Assembly (NCBI GenBank): GCA_951406725.2
Contig: OX597832.1
Span: 15,438,001 to 15,502,000, forward strand
Reading direction: 5' to 3'
Source: Octopus vulgaris
Taxonomy: Eukaryota
DNA: 64,000 bases
The notes beneath the pieces are model-generated. The model made no database searches. It saw only the letters and a program-made list of their open reading frames with translations, and had not been told where the DNA came from. A program made the translations under genes and the position numbers. Below, in pieces: positions 12,471-27,098 of this stretch; the first letter of the stretch is position 1; each line of letters begins with the position of its first letter.

Positions 12471-14194
12471 ACAATCACCGGTCTTCGATGCGAAGTGGTC
12501 TCAATGCAAATACATATATCCCTTTTCCATAGACGAAAAGTCACTGATCTCGAAAAAAGTGTAAGCAAGCAATAATAAACATCTGAACGAGGTATAAACA
12601 GTAGCTGCATTGTTGATACTATTTTCTATAAACAAGTTTTTATAGATATATTACTAGGTTTTTTCAAATTATTTAGCTGCATAAAATTAAGCTCTATTCA
12701 GCTATGAAATATTATATGTCTCATATCCACAACTAGCCATCCAATTATTACATTATATTTATCTTTACAACGGAATCATATTCGTCGTAAATATACGTAT
12801 TCATTAATTTGTGCGTAACGACGTTGAGCCACACCCCAAGCTCATTTACCTATGTTTCTATGTGTGCGTGCGTGTGTATGTAGATATATGGTAGAAAATG
12901 CAATCAACAACATTCTTTCTTATAAATCAACACAATTGATTCGAAATATTTGACATAATTACTACATTAGGGAAGTGGTCTGTAATCATTTTCATACGTC
13001 CAATGTTTTTAATGTGCCTCCTCAAGTCACTATTTAAATCAAGTTTTTGCTATATCCTCTAGTCATTTCAGATAGAGGGATAATAAAAGCGCAATATGAT
13101 GTGCTTTACCTAATGTTTAGTGTCAAATCGTAACGCATAGATACGGTGACAGTCAAAGTTTAATTTGTTTTTGTTTTTGTTTTAAGGATCTGAAATACCT
13201 TACCTCACTCTGAATAAAATAACCGGCTTCTTTCTATATTTAAAGGAACATTTATGTAATGGTAATTTGTAATTCTTAATTCCGCATGCTTTCTTGATAT
13301 AATTATAAAAATATAACGTAATAAGTATACACACCCGATGCAATGTCTATATTGGCGTAGACTGTTTTGTCCAGAGATAATATAGTTATAGACACCCATT
13401 AAAAAAGGGAACATGTGATAAGTAATAAAATGCTCAGTCTGCATCAATTTATTACTGTATTATTTCTAAGGGATTACTTAATTATCCTTGAGGTTTTGTT
13501 TTTAGTCAGTTTAGAAATATCTTCCCTTCCATATTTAATCATTTTGCATTTGGATTGTAAATGCATTTTTCTGTCACAATATGCGTGTCTCTAGTTTATC
13601 TGTGAGCTGTTGAAAAGGAATTTATTGCGCTGTGTTTACTTTATCAGTCTGAGTAAAATTACGGCAGAATATAACGAATGATGCATTTAAATAATGACAC
13701 GAAGAGGTGCATTTTACTCTCGGATATATGATAATCATTAAACAAAACCTCACTAATGTAGTAAAATGTAAAAATGTGGTGACACAATTATAGCGTTTTT
13801 AAATACAGAATAAGTTTCGTTCCATATTCTATTATATATACTCAGAGACTATGGAATTCATGATGTATATCGAGTAGCAGGAGACATTCTAATATATCAT
13901 CTGATCAAGTAGCGAATAACCGTAGATGACCGTTGCATTTCCTTCTATAGAATGTGCCTCCGTGAGCGTGTGTGAATTGATATGCAGGTATGTATATTCT
14001 ATTAGTTTCTTCAGTCATTTTAATGTGTCTATGTTCGGGTTCCATCTTAAAGAAGTTTCAGTCGAAAGCATCGACGACGAAACATCTTCAAAGCCTGATA
14101 TTTATATTGTGCACTTCAGCGTAGTGCTAAACTAGGGAGAAGTACAATCACCCAAACTGCTCGTCACGCGCAGGTGGAGGACATGGAGAGACAA

Positions 14195-14316
14195 ATATAT
14201 ATATATACTTACATGTGTGTATATATATATATATATATATGCATATATATATATATGCATACATATATATATAAACATATCTATCTATATATGTATATAT
14301 GCATATACATATATAC

Positions 14317-14400
<84 letters not shown>
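14195..14400. repeat. Degenerate (TA)n microsatellite
   Basis: Directly visible. Confidence 0.9.
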
Positions 14401-14404
<4 letters not shown>

Positions 14405-15229
14405 TCATAGTCGTGACAAGATATATTTGTCATACCTCTGGCCAGTGAGTAACCAAAGAAACAGTTTTCAACTGAAGCCAGGAATAACTTACCTTGTTCT
14501 TAGTCCCAGAACTCTCGAATTCTACTATTCTACACATTTAATGTAATCGGAGAATAAATTTGCATAAATTTATATATAAACCAACAGTGTCCCCAAAAAC
14601 AAAAAAGAACCTCTTGAGTTGTACTAAACACATTGCTCATTCTCATTCCGATTTGTATTAAATACACGGAACTCTCTCACACACACGCAGATATAGCCAC
14701 ACATTTCCAGATATATCGCCATAAACTTTCCTACGGCGCTTTCACATTTATAGATCAAGTCAGAAATAACTAACTGATTTATAGTATCTAATTCTGTGCT
14801 ATTCACTGAATATAACCAATATTATTTTAAAACGCTTCTGGGTAGAAAACGAAATCAGTGCACTGATAAACGCTTAGTATACTCACCCTTAAGACAGTGT
14901 AAAATCTGATGTCTACGGTAAAATCGACGGAAAATTATCGTTACAGTCCTTTTACAGATATCAGAAACAGATCGGAAAATAAAGTAATTGGAATCACAAG
15001 ACCGTTCCATACTTTACACACGCACATGATAACGCTAGAAGCCATACTTGCGAATGGATGTAGTGCACCAACTGACCCGATGCTAACAGGTCAGGGCTCA
15101 CTTGATCTATCTGTTAGCCAACAACAAACACCATCTTCATTGATATTGCTATCTGACCTAATTGCGCCCAACACTACCGTGGCCAGCCAGAAATTACTAT
15201 CGCAACAACAGCCTGCTACCGCTACTACA

Positions 15230-16620
15230 TTGGAATTACCTTGTTTGGCAAATGCTCTACACCAGACAAAGCATAGCAGAATTACTCTATAAACTAATGG
15301 ATAATTTTTTCTTCAGTCAGCTAGTGCTCGAACCAACAGCACAGAATAAAACACATTTAGATCTAATATTAACCAAACACTCTAGCTCCGTATACATTAT
15401 TTCTGTTGGAAAAAATATCCTCTCACACCACATGATACTCTGCAACTTTAATTTCCGGCATATCAAAACTAAACAAGGCAACCCCACTCCATTGCACTTA
15501 TTTGACGACATAAATCTCCACAAAGCGGAACGTGGAGCAATCAGAAGGAGTCTGTCTTTCATCGATTGTTCTGTTACTCTCTGTTCCACTCACAGTGGGA
15601 CCGCATGGCTGCACTTTGAGAACATTGTCATCAACATGTGCTCAAAACACGCTCCTACGAAATTCAATACCACAAACAGAAACCGGTTCCCTAGAAAGAA
15701 AAGAACACTGATCAGGCGCATGAAAAAAACTTTAAAAAAACAACCAATTAAAATACTCCTGCATACAACATCAACTGTCGTCAACGACAATGAAAAGGCT
15801 GCAGTTGGAAAAACCTCATCTGCAGACCGACATGAATACCTCCATTGAAAATCAAAGAGCTGCAGAGGAACAGTGGGTAATCAAAAATGTCAAACCACCC
15901 AAAAGTGTTTTATTCATATGCAAATATGCATAGAAACACTGTCTAACCCATTGGTCCATTGATCGATGATAACAGCATTGCCCAACACGATGTGAAAGAA
16001 ATGACAGAATTACTGCAGAATCGATATTGCTCTGTCTTTAATGATCTCACTGATATTGACGTAAGAGAAGCGAACGAAGTTGATTCCCAACATAAAATTT
16101 CGGACATAACATTCACATCATAGCAGCAATAAATGAGTTCGAATGCTATTTTGTTGTAGGCCCTGACAGATTCCCCGCTAGCTTCCGGAAGGAATGTAAG
16201 AACCAACTGGAGAAATTTTTAGATCCAGGTTATATACTGAAATAGCTCTTATGCCAGCCAGTCATCCCGTTTTCAGAGAGGTTAACAGATCCATCGCAAC
16301 CCTCTATCAACCGATCTCACTCACCTCCCATATCAATAAAGTGTTTGAAAGAGTGTTGAGATCAAGGATCGCTGGCTTCCTCTAGATTCACAATCTCCAA
16401 AATGCAAACGGGCATACCGTTCGTTGTAGCAAGGGCTGTCTATCACAACTCTTACACCACATCGATGATATACTTAAATCATTGGGAACAGGTTCGAGAT
16501 CTTATGACTTGAGCGATGCGTTCGACAGATTTGACAATAATAGCTTACTTCCGAAATTGGCAAATATTGAGTAATTCCTGGAAAATAGAACACACGTTGT
16601 GGCAAATGGAGACCACTCAA
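15230..16620 (+). mobile_element. Decayed CR1/L2-group LINE ORF2 fragment (APE end to RT start)
   Basis: SQLVLEPTAQNKTHLDLILT..LSHHMIL (APE C-terminal motif), then frameshifted KVFYSY, PIGPL, ELLQNRYCSVF, GPDRFPA, YQPISLTSHINKVFERVL, CLSQLL, AFDRFD and FLENRT. Truncated at the (GTAT)n tract. Confidence 0.8.
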
Positions 16621-16836
16621 GTATGTATGTATGTATGTACGTATGCATGTATGTATGTGTGTATGTATGTATGTATGCATGTATGTATGTATGCATGTAT
16701 GTATGTATGTATGTATGTATGTATGTATGTATATATGTATGTATGCATGTATGCATATATGTATGTATATATGTATGTATGTATATGTGTGTATGTATGT
16801 ATATGTATGTATGCATGTATGTATATATATGTATGG

Positions 16837-16867
<31 letters not shown>

Positions 16868-16948
16868 TATATGTATGCATGTATATATATATGTGTATAT
16901 ATGTATGTATGCATGTATGTATATATGTATGTATGAATGTATGTATGT
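16621..16948. repeat. (GTAT)n-rich tetranucleotide tract
   Basis: Directly visible; accounts for six spurious ORFs. Confidence 0.95.
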
Positions 16949-16954
16949 TTGCAG

Positions 16955-17120
16955 TCTTTCAGTTTCTCTTTACCAAACCCACTCTAAATACTTTGTAGCC
17001 CCGACCCTATACTAGAAGACACTAGAAGATTCCATGCACTGGAAGATTCCATGCACTGGGTTGAGCCCGGATCTATGTTGTTGGAAAACAAGCTTCTTAC
17101 CAGACATCCACGCCTCTGCC
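16955..17120 (-). mobile_element. 5' part of a family B SINE
   Basis: ctttcagtttctctttaccaaacccactc..aagcttcttaccagacatccacgcctctgcc aligns with 10450-10603; contains a local duplication of gaagattccatgcactg. Confidence 0.7.
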
Positions 17121-17820
17121 ATGTTCAATATCTCATGCACTTTTATGTGTGTGTAAAATGGAAAGAATTCAATGATTATGTGTTTTAACTAAAACAGAGA
17201 CGTAGTTTTAATCGGTGGCGACACATTATACTCTAACAGTTCATTTACTATTATCGTAATGTAACTGTGACGATGACTATATTTCATTAATTGCTAAATA
17301 AATTGCATTCATTTCACAATGCACACACCATTAATGTTAGTAGCCGCAATGTATTTCCCGAATAATTATTGTGATTCAAATCATGTTAATGCTGTACATA
17401 TTACTCTCCAATGTATAGTTATAATTTTATCGGTAGTTATTACAGCAATGAGTATCATATTCTCTATGCAGTATTTTGTACAACATAGCATAAATTGTGG
17501 TGGACGCAAATATGCTGTCGAATAACTATTCTCTCCTAATAGAATATCCAATGCAATTGAAATTATTTTCTTTTTCTTTTGGTGGACACACTGCAGATTC
17601 TGGTCGGCTAAATGCTATCAATATTTGAAGGATCAAATCTGGACATAGTTCGACGCTATAATTAAATTAATAGAGCTTGACTCGGAGAAATATTGTACCT
17701 CTCTGCATGCTATTCAATGAATACTGGTCTGAGTACTGGAAACCAGACACTTGTTATTTGCATTCAGTGGAAAAAAAAAACTGTCATTCATGCATTACAT
17801 ACAAATATGTATTATACTAG

Positions 17821-18214
17821 ACTAGCAGTATCGCCCGGCGTTGCTCGGGTTTGTAAGGGAAATAACTATATAAGCATTTATAGAGAGTTATAGCCAAAAA
17901 ATAGCAAAAAAGTGCATTGAAAATGGAAAAAAAATTATGGTATTTTTTTTTTAAATCGTTGACTCATCGTAGACATTTTTAGAGAGTTACTTCCCTTATA
18001 TAATATCGAAAAATGCATTAAAATGGAGAAAAATGATGGCAATTTTTTTTTAATCGTAGACTCAACGTAGACGCGCGCTAATACCCAGAAGGGCTCGATA
18101 TGAATCACGAATATAAGATACCCGGTTTTGGTTAAACTGCACCGCAAAATGTAGGAGTAGTTAGGAATCTAAATCGTAGGAGACAGACACACAACTTCAC
18201 TTTTATATATAAAT
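17821..18214 (-). mobile_element. Non-autonomous Helitron-like element
   Basis: Minus strand ends cccgagcaacgccggg (hairpin)-cgatactg-CTAGT, the canonical Helitron 3' structure. The other end is tatatataaaag followed by tgtgtgtctgtct. Internal ~110-bp direct duplication. Confidence 0.7.
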
Positions 18215-20184
18215 ATATGCATATGCCATGTCTGTCATTTCTATAATGTCAAACTAACCAGTATCTATCCAGTCGTGGCCTCAAATGCATTTATATTTAT
18301 CCTGCTAATTCTTAATCAAATACTGAATTATAATTACGGATCGTTCATTTTCTTATACTATATATTATATAAAATAGTTAATGCTTCGCAATATGTGATA
18401 ATCTATTATGTATAAATCTTGTAAATTTCTGTTTTATACCCCTTCATATTCAAGAACTCTTAATTACATTTCCTATTTGCTAGCATATCTTAAATTTAAT
18501 CGGGAATATTTCATTGTACATCAATGCAGGATAAGTTTAATAATTGATATAACTTTAATTACATGGAAAGTTACACAATGAATTATAAAATTTCCTTTTC
18601 ATGAATAACCGCTAATACACCCCTGCAATTCAAAGGAAAAGGTAATTATTAAATTTTCGTTCGAGTTTCTAGAAATAGCAGAAGAACACCGTTTCACCTA
18701 CAAGCAAAAATGAAAGACAGCAAAGTACCACAATGAAAATAGGTGCACAATGTAGTCCCTGATGTATACATACTCACAATCTTAACGCATTTTGCCAAGG
18801 GGACTTATAAACACTAGCATTATCTAAAAGAGTAACGCATATATCGATTTATGATTCATTATGAACGAACCAGCATGATTATATAGTATCTACAATAGGT
18901 ATGAAAAGAATAGCCGTATGGTAAATGCATAATTAATTATCTGAATATATTTATTTCAATGTCAGCCAATATTCGTTCCTTTGTCGTTAATTTCACCTCA
19001 AGTCGAATGCATAAACATATGGCACCTTACTGGTATATTATCCTGAAAAATGTAGCCCTTCTAGTTTCAAAATAAAATACATAGTTATATAAAATATATA
19101 TAATGAAACTCTCATATAATGAATTGATGTAATATATAACCGTAATTCAATACTGGAATATAGTAGAGGAATATATATGTATATCACGTAGAATTTCATA
19201 TACGATTTTTTCTTTATATATGTGACGACATGTACACACTGATGCACGTATACTGGCAATTGATTGTTATAGCACACAGCTACATTTACTTATAAATATC
19301 ATCCGGAATGTACCAATAGTTAATAGGTGAATGGTTTAAGAACAAAGAATGTGTTGTATATTATAAGACTGACACTCGGCAAATAGTTTAACTATTATCA
19401 GAAGAGTTCAATATTCCCATATATTATGTCCATTAAAACCCTTTTCGATACAAATGAAGTTGGGATCATAAATCTCCACTACGGATTTCCATATTGAATG
19501 TTATATAAATTAAATTGTGCATCTCGTTTTCATTGTAAATTTTGAACCACATACCAGTATCCTTATGCGAGTGCTCTCTATTATGTCTGTTCTTCTTTGT
19601 TTTAAAACTTAATTGGAAGTCTATTCAAATCGTGTCCTAAAAGTCCGAACTGGCTGTAACAATTATATTGCAAACAACGAATCCGTATATTACAAAAACG
19701 AATATCGCTAAATAACGTGTACGATTTTTGTTTTAATTCAAACTTGTCATTACATAAGATATGAATTAATAGTTGGGAACATTATTCTACTGCCTGTATC
19801 CTTCCAACTACATTTGCTCTTTGTTATTCTATTTTGTTCCTTATAAACTGTGAATTTTATTTCTTGTCAAGTGTTAATTTATCCCCGTCTATAATATTCC
19901 AACCTCGGATGACTGAATTCCCAGTACAGAGACTTGCTAACCAACCACATGGCTTTTTCACAAAACGGATGTAAGACTTCAAATTCAACTAACCCTAATC
20001 CCAATCATTGTAAATGTCTACAGATATTTGTTCTGCCTTCGTTTTAATTTTCCTCCAATATATACATACATTTATATATATATATATATATATATGCAAA
20101 GATATGGGGGGGGGAGGGAGATAAAGCCCCTTCCCAAGGCTGCTACACTCGTATATTCGCAGAATTATTAAATTTTGACAGTTT

Positions 20185-20304
20185 GTGGACTAGACTGTAT
20201 TCAAGTGAAGTGTTTTCACAAGAAGGCAATGCCTTGACGAATGCAGGAATCGGAACTAAAATCTATCATGAGCCTAATCCATTAACAACTCGGCTACATG
20301 CCTT

Positions 20305-20306
<2 letters not shown>
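20185..20306 (-). mobile_element. Decayed tRNA-SINE head (family C)
   Basis: gtgaagtgttttcacaagaaggcaatg..caggaatcggaact..aactcggctacatgccttcac resembles 59250-59365. Confidence 0.5.
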
Positions 20307-20335
<29 letters not shown>

Positions 20336-20380
20336 ACACATGTTTGCGTGTATGTTTGCATGTATGTATGTATGTATAAC

Positions 20381-20539
20381 CGCAAGAGTGGCTGTATCGT
20401 AAGGCGTTTGCTTCCTAATTACATGGTTCCGGTTCAGACCCACTGCGTGGCAACTTGGTCATGTGGTGTTAGCTAGATCCTCGGGCCGAACGATGCGTCG
20501 TGAGTGGATTTCGTATAGGAAAATTGAAAGTAGCTTGTC

Positions 20540-20615
<76 letters not shown>

Positions 20616-20852
20616 ATGTGTTATGTATATATGTATGTATTTGTGTGTCTGTATTTGTGTGTCAGCATCGTCTGATAATCGTTGATGGTGTATTAACATC
20701 CCCGTTAATTAGCGCTTCAGGAAAAGAGACCGATAGAGTAAGTAGTGGGCTTACAAATGATTAGTTAGGCGCTGAAATTATTCGACAAAAATGCGATGCT
20801 CCAGCGTGGCTGCAATCAAATTGCTGAAACAATTAAAACTGTAAAAGAGTAA
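20381..20852 (+). mobile_element. tRNA-derived SINE (family B), diverged
   Basis: gagtggctgtatcgtaagg..ggttcagaccc head, central (TA)(TG) tract, tail gctccagcgtggctgcaatcaaattgctgaaacaa; collinear with 10164-10603. Confidence 0.8.
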
Positions 20853-22998
20853 AAGTAATATGTATGTATTTACGGTGTCTGATTTGTATGTACAAATAGT
20901 TATGTGTATTTCTATGTATTTCTGTATAGCACAAGAACTGCCAAAAAAACAACATAGAGAAAGAGCGAGAGACAGGGAGGGATAGAGAGAGAAAGAGAGA
21001 GAGAGATTATATCATAGTATTTGTCGTTCAGATCTATGAAGCATCACGATGAAAAACACCATTTACATTTGCTTCATACTGTGGTACTTACCATTGATCT
21101 TATTAAGAGGGTTTTGACGAATGTTTATTTTTAACCACTTAAATTATTGATGAAACTATCACAATTGTGACCGTTGCGTGTTATTTTCCAAAGTATATCA
21201 ATTTGTATATCACACTCTGTGAATTATAACTGTAAGATGTTAAAAACTTTTAAGTGGTAATTGCTATTTCAATAAACAGAGCTAAAACGTAAATGTTACC
21301 TTATTTACCTGATCAATAATGTTACCCTGATTTTTTGTTTTTTGACCTAGGCTTACTGATATAGGAGATACTGTTTAAAGGGAATATATCAATACGAGTT
21401 CTATGCTTTATTAAAATACAGTGTACCACAAAGAGGAGAATATAATCTAGTGCACATTAAGCATTTTAAGACTGGAAGATATGATTGAAAGAATTGCTGA
21501 ATATTATCACGAATAGGTCGTTTGAAATCTAGCTATTTCAGTATTTCTTAGGTTAATAATGTGTTTTGCTATTAAGTATCTCGCATGATACGTTGTAGCT
21601 GGAATCTGATGTTGCTACGGATTATACGACAGGATTATTAATTCGTGAAAGGAAATATGTTCTGACCTGAGAAATGCACTTATAATCTAAAGATAGAAGT
21701 ACTTCTTCCTATTGATCTCTATAAATCCGCTTGAATACATATAACATAGTAATAAGACCGTGACGTACTGAAATGGTAGCCATATTAATGTGAGTTTAAT
21801 TACATAGCACAATAATATAATAATCACTTGGAATATATACAGAGAGGGGACGATTTTTCAAACAGTAAACAGTGAAGTTTCAAAAAGTTTGCAACAAACT
21901 CCAACAGAAAAAATTATTAATATGTGCTACTTTAATTTGGATATAATTGCATAATGATGTTTCGACTGAAAATGTTGCAGTTACGTGACCTTTCGGTGTG
22001 TCATTGCAGTGTGAATCTACTAATAACTGACGATTATCTCAACTCAAGGAATTACATATTCGGTATCTGAAATCTATTGTAGAATCTACCGTGCTAACAC
22101 TTTGAATTACTTTTACTAAAGTTAACAACTAAACAATTTTAATCATTGAGCCATGCGCAATACTACTGTTTTTATACTAAGAGACACTGATAGTACATAT
22201 ATCAATCGCTGCATCTAAAGGTATTATCCTTCTATCCTCGAATATCGTAATTAAGCTATTCAATATGTATCGACATTATAGAAATTTATACTTAAGTCAA
22301 ACATGTTACATGCAGTGGTAAACTCTTATCAGACTACGGAATATATTACTCTATATGGGAATTAACCGTAAATGGATTCGAAATGAATTAGAAATACACA
22401 ATCTCACGTACACAGGCGCACGTATTATGTGACTACAGGCCAGTAATGTTATCATATTCATCAGTGTATTGTAATAATACCGTCTTATTTTCCACTCCGT
22501 TATCTACCTTTAACATATAATATATTACGGTTTCTTCTTTTAGTTTGAACTTTATTTGGGAAATGCAAATATATAATTTATATTGAATTCCTATGTACTA
22601 CATTTTTAGATTGGTAAACCATCACTGAAGTAAGGCATCTGACGAATTAGTTAAATTGATACAAATATACAAAATTTCAAATAATTCCTAAATTTCTGCC
22701 TACAATTAGTGGAACATGTTAACCGACTTTGAATTACATTAGATCACTACCATAGTTCTATGATATAAGAGATAATAATCATCAAAAAGATACTTTTAAA
22801 TAGCATGCTCATCGTTAATAGCTATGAATGTCATCTACTCGGTCACATGACTGCCAGGTTTTTGTATTGCCAGAGAATTCATCCAAATAGTTATTACTCG
22901 TGACAACGGAGGCACATGCTTGTTTTGGTGGAGGATAAATAAATATACAAAAACTCATAATCTAAAGTGTGCGTATATATATGTATATATGTATGTGT

Positions 22999-23039
<41 letters not shown>

Positions 23040-24384
23040 TGTGTGTGTGTGTGTGTGTGTGTATGTTGTGTGTGTGTGTTTTTATGTACGTATGTCAGAA
23101 TGATTTTATGGATGAATTGTGAAATGAAGTCCCAACATCCTCAGTTCCCATTTGCTTTCAGGTGGCTGCGTTGGTTGAGAATCAATACTTCCAACCTCGG
23201 TTTTTTTCAAAAAAATAGGTCCGCGCACCAGACACTGAAATGAAGTGTAGGAATACGTGCCTTATCAAGACCCTCTATTCCTATGCACTATATACTATCA
23301 GTTCACGATTTTCCATAAGAATTATGATATGCCGAAGCACGCGTTCTCTGAACACCACCACCTGTCGAATTCATTCCATTCAAATGAATATGAAACGGGG
23401 AGTCTTCACCGTGGTCAAATTGGAATTCTACACTGGCATGGATCGATCATAAAGACATTTCGTCGGATGTAATATGCATTTGAATAACAGGATACACGCT
23501 ACAAATTAAATCTGTTCTACGCTCTAACGATCCGCCATGGTTATAGCATTTGTTGAACCATATAACAGGATTTTAAACAAGACGGCCGCCGCTTGGTGCT
23601 TATCTATAAATTAATTTATTTGGTTGGTGTTGCTTGGATAATTTCTTCGTGATAAATTTCTGACCGACTATCGCTTCACAACTCGTAATACAATCTCTGC
23701 TTCTCAATGGTCCCATGCGGCATAGATGTTCGTATGCAAGTGACTTACTGTAAGCGACTGAACGTGTTCCGTCATACATTTACTTTGTTCTGATTGTATA
23801 TTACTTTGGAATGGTAGCTTCGAAATCTCTGTTATTTGTTCACCAATAAAGTGAACTTATAATATGTTGAATATCTAACCAGCCAGGAAAACAGAAAACA
23901 GCGATCCAAATATTTCTCTAATATATTCAAGAATATGTGTATAATGCGAACACACATGTAAGCTTGCCAGACGTTAATCGTGTTAAATCTATTTCGCAAG
24001 AAGTTGCACCTGCTTTGGAACATGCCAACTCACGTATTCAGTGAAACATTTATTGGATAAGAGACAGGTCACCAGATTACATATACACTGTCTGACTTAT
24101 TATTGACGGCTAATGCATTAGTAGTTACAGATTATAGCGCTGGCAATACAAATTAATATAGTAATGAACACAAAATACCTATAAAGAGAAATATTCTCAG
24201 CATTCAGAAATTTGCAATTACAGGATGTGTTACTAGTGATGATATATTCTCAGATAACATGAATTTACTTTGGGTATGCCTATGCAAATTATCAAAATAT
24301 ATCTCAATGTTATTTTAAGAAAGGAATGTTTACCTGGAATTTCAAACCAATACGAAGTTGTTGACGCTGATGACAAAAAAGACG

Positions 24385-24575
24385 TTGTTTCTAAATTCGA
24401 GCATTAGGCCAACATGATTAGATGAGAGGGAAATCGATCACATGTTTGACTGGTACTATTTTGCTCGATGCAAAATATGAAAAGCAAAGTCATAATTGCC
24501 GGAATTAAGAATAGAACATAAGAACCGGAGGAAATATTTTATTTTTTGCGCCAATGATGCTTCCAGCTCAACGTT
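24385..24575 (-). mobile_element. Highly diverged family A SINE
   Basis: actggtactattttgctcga..tgaaaagcaaagtc..ttccagctcaacg is the reverse complement of the family A head and core. Confidence 0.55.
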
Positions 24576-26332
24576 TGAAAACAATGATGATGATTAAATC
24601 AAACGGTCTAAAACATTTGCACGATAAAATGATATACTAATAAATAAGTGACTACATATTATAAGAAGAAGAGTGGATAATGAATGTATAAAATATACAT
24701 TGGCATATAAAAACAATATCTTATTGATACATTAATTTAAATTTATAATAATATGACATTTGAAAAAGCATTTTAAAAATGCACGCAGGCATCTAAGTGT
24801 TTGTGTGATATAGATAACTTTCTGAATTAGCGCAAAATCACAGCAGGGTATAGTTAAAAATTATTTTCATTTTTGCTAAAGACGGCGGCATATCTCATTT
24901 CATATTCGATAAATACTACTGAAGAATGTGTTTTGAGATTCCTTTATAAGCTATTCTAAGTTCATGGAATTAGGAGTTAGAGATCCGATTCAAATTGCTT
25001 GTTCCACTACTCTTTTCCAGAGCCTTATTTTTTTTTCATGTGTTCTTTCTAACTTTTGCATTTCGAGAATTCCATTCCTCTGTGTTCATGAATTTGTCTT
25101 CTTTACAGTGTACTGTTAATTATTCGTAAGAGTTATTGGTCTACCGAAAATCTTTGAAAGTAAGACTGGAGTCGTTTTTAAGTAGTTCTTTAGACTGTAC
25201 CTTCTAGTGACTTCTATTGCCACTAGCGTTTTTTGCTGATGTACACGACGTGATATTCATGTAGGGCCATGAACCTGTAATTTTTCCTTCAATGCCCTCA
25301 ACATGGCTTAGGGCTACTGTTGTAACATAATCTCCATTGCAATTAAGAAATTGATATCGCTCATGACTACCCGCGAGCAGATTCTTCTTTTAGCTTATTT
25401 CGGAACATTTCTCTGAGAACAACAACGGGTAAGTTACATATATTCTGCTTCGCGGCGCCGCGTATATTACGGTACTTGTGATAGAGCATTTATGTAATGG
25501 TGGCTCTTTAACACTGTACCATTGAATTTAAATACAAGGAAATGTCAATGTATATACTCCGTTGAGAAACGGAATATATGTCATTCTGTACACACATGAA
25601 GTCTCCCTGAATCTGTTGTTTCAGAATTATCTCTCAGAAGTAAAACGAATTGGAAAATTGAAAAGAAAAATAACAACAGTTTAAAGCTTTGAGATGTTAG
25701 TTATAATTCCCAGGTTGACGTGGTATTAGAGTTATCCTCTCGCGTGTAGATTTAGGAGTGGGTTTTTAGTTACGAATATAAATTATACGCTGTTAAGATA
25801 AGGCATATTATCAGAAAATATTTAGTCTCATCATTTTATTTCCTTTCATTATTGTTATTTTTCACACCTGAAATACATGAAACACAAGTCTGACATCATC
25901 GTCGTTTAAACACGGTGTGCAAAATGCCTGAACAAACAGCGCGAAGCATACACAATGAAGTCTAGACGCCTCCTATACCGTAATAGGTTAGAAATCACAC
26001 CTGCAATTTGAGTATCAGACATAGTTTTCTAATATTCTTCGAATCGTGTTGCAATATAAATTAACGAGGTGTCGATATATATTCGTTTGTAATGTAGCAT
26101 TACCGTAAGGGATTCTTTGAAAATTATATCGATCGCAAAAATAAGGAATATTGCCTATTTCTATATTAATTCCTTCCTTAAGGGATACTTATGCGCCCGC
26201 ACTTGTATGCAGGTGTGTATGTATGTAACTGTATTTCTGTTATTGCCACAAAGCAAAGAAAATGTCTAAATATCTATGTGCGTTTGTGTGTGCTTGTCTG
26301 TGCGGTTGCGTGCGTGCGCACGTGTGTTTATG

Positions 26333-26367
<35 letters not shown>

Positions 26368-26483
26368 CTGATATAGTTATATTTATGAAAGTCTTCCCCA
26401 ATATTTGTCATTTGTGACAAGAATTTATTATTTGCTTCTGACAATAAAATATATACGTGTTTCTATGTAATAAAATTCGCTTT

Positions 26484-26567
<84 letters not shown>

Positions 26568-26849
26568 TTTTATTTGCATCCTGCCAAGTGTTATACGCAA
26601 CTCAGTTTAAGCCGGGGCCTATCCCTCTGGCATGAAGAAGCATTTTCAGGTTGAATTCCAGAAGCACATTTTCAATGACAAAACTATTCTCTAAATAACC
26701 ATGATTTTCCTCTTCCACTTAGAAGACGTAGCCACGTACGTTCCAGATCTCTTTCTCAAAGAGCTAACTAAACTCAAAGCGCATTTGAATAACTTTACTA
26801 TTGCAATATCAAATTGTACCAAGCAAAAATTGCGGATTCAGATAACCAA

Positions 26850-26991
26850 AATTATGATGATAATGATGATGATGATAATAATAATAATAATAATAATCAT
26901 TAATATTAATATCACTACTTTTATTAATATTATAATTATAATTATTATAATTATAATTATTATAATCATAATTATTATTATTATAATCATA

Positions 26992-27054
<63 letters not shown>

Positions 27055-27098
27055 GCTGTTGTTGTCGTTGTTGTTGTAGTTTTTGTTATTATTATTAT
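26850..27098. repeat. Compound (ATG)/(ATA)/(ATT)/(GTT) trinucleotide tract
   Basis: Directly visible. Confidence 0.9.

Noticed and set aside
14909-15292. 127-aa ORF
   Set aside because: No recognisable motif; overlaps the start of the LINE relic.
23100-23520. Three short overlapping ORFs in moderately GC-rich DNA
   Set aside because: No motif or convincing splice structure; possibly old transposon debris.
25070-25380. Possible minus-strand RTE 3' relic
   Set aside because: Similarity too faint to support.
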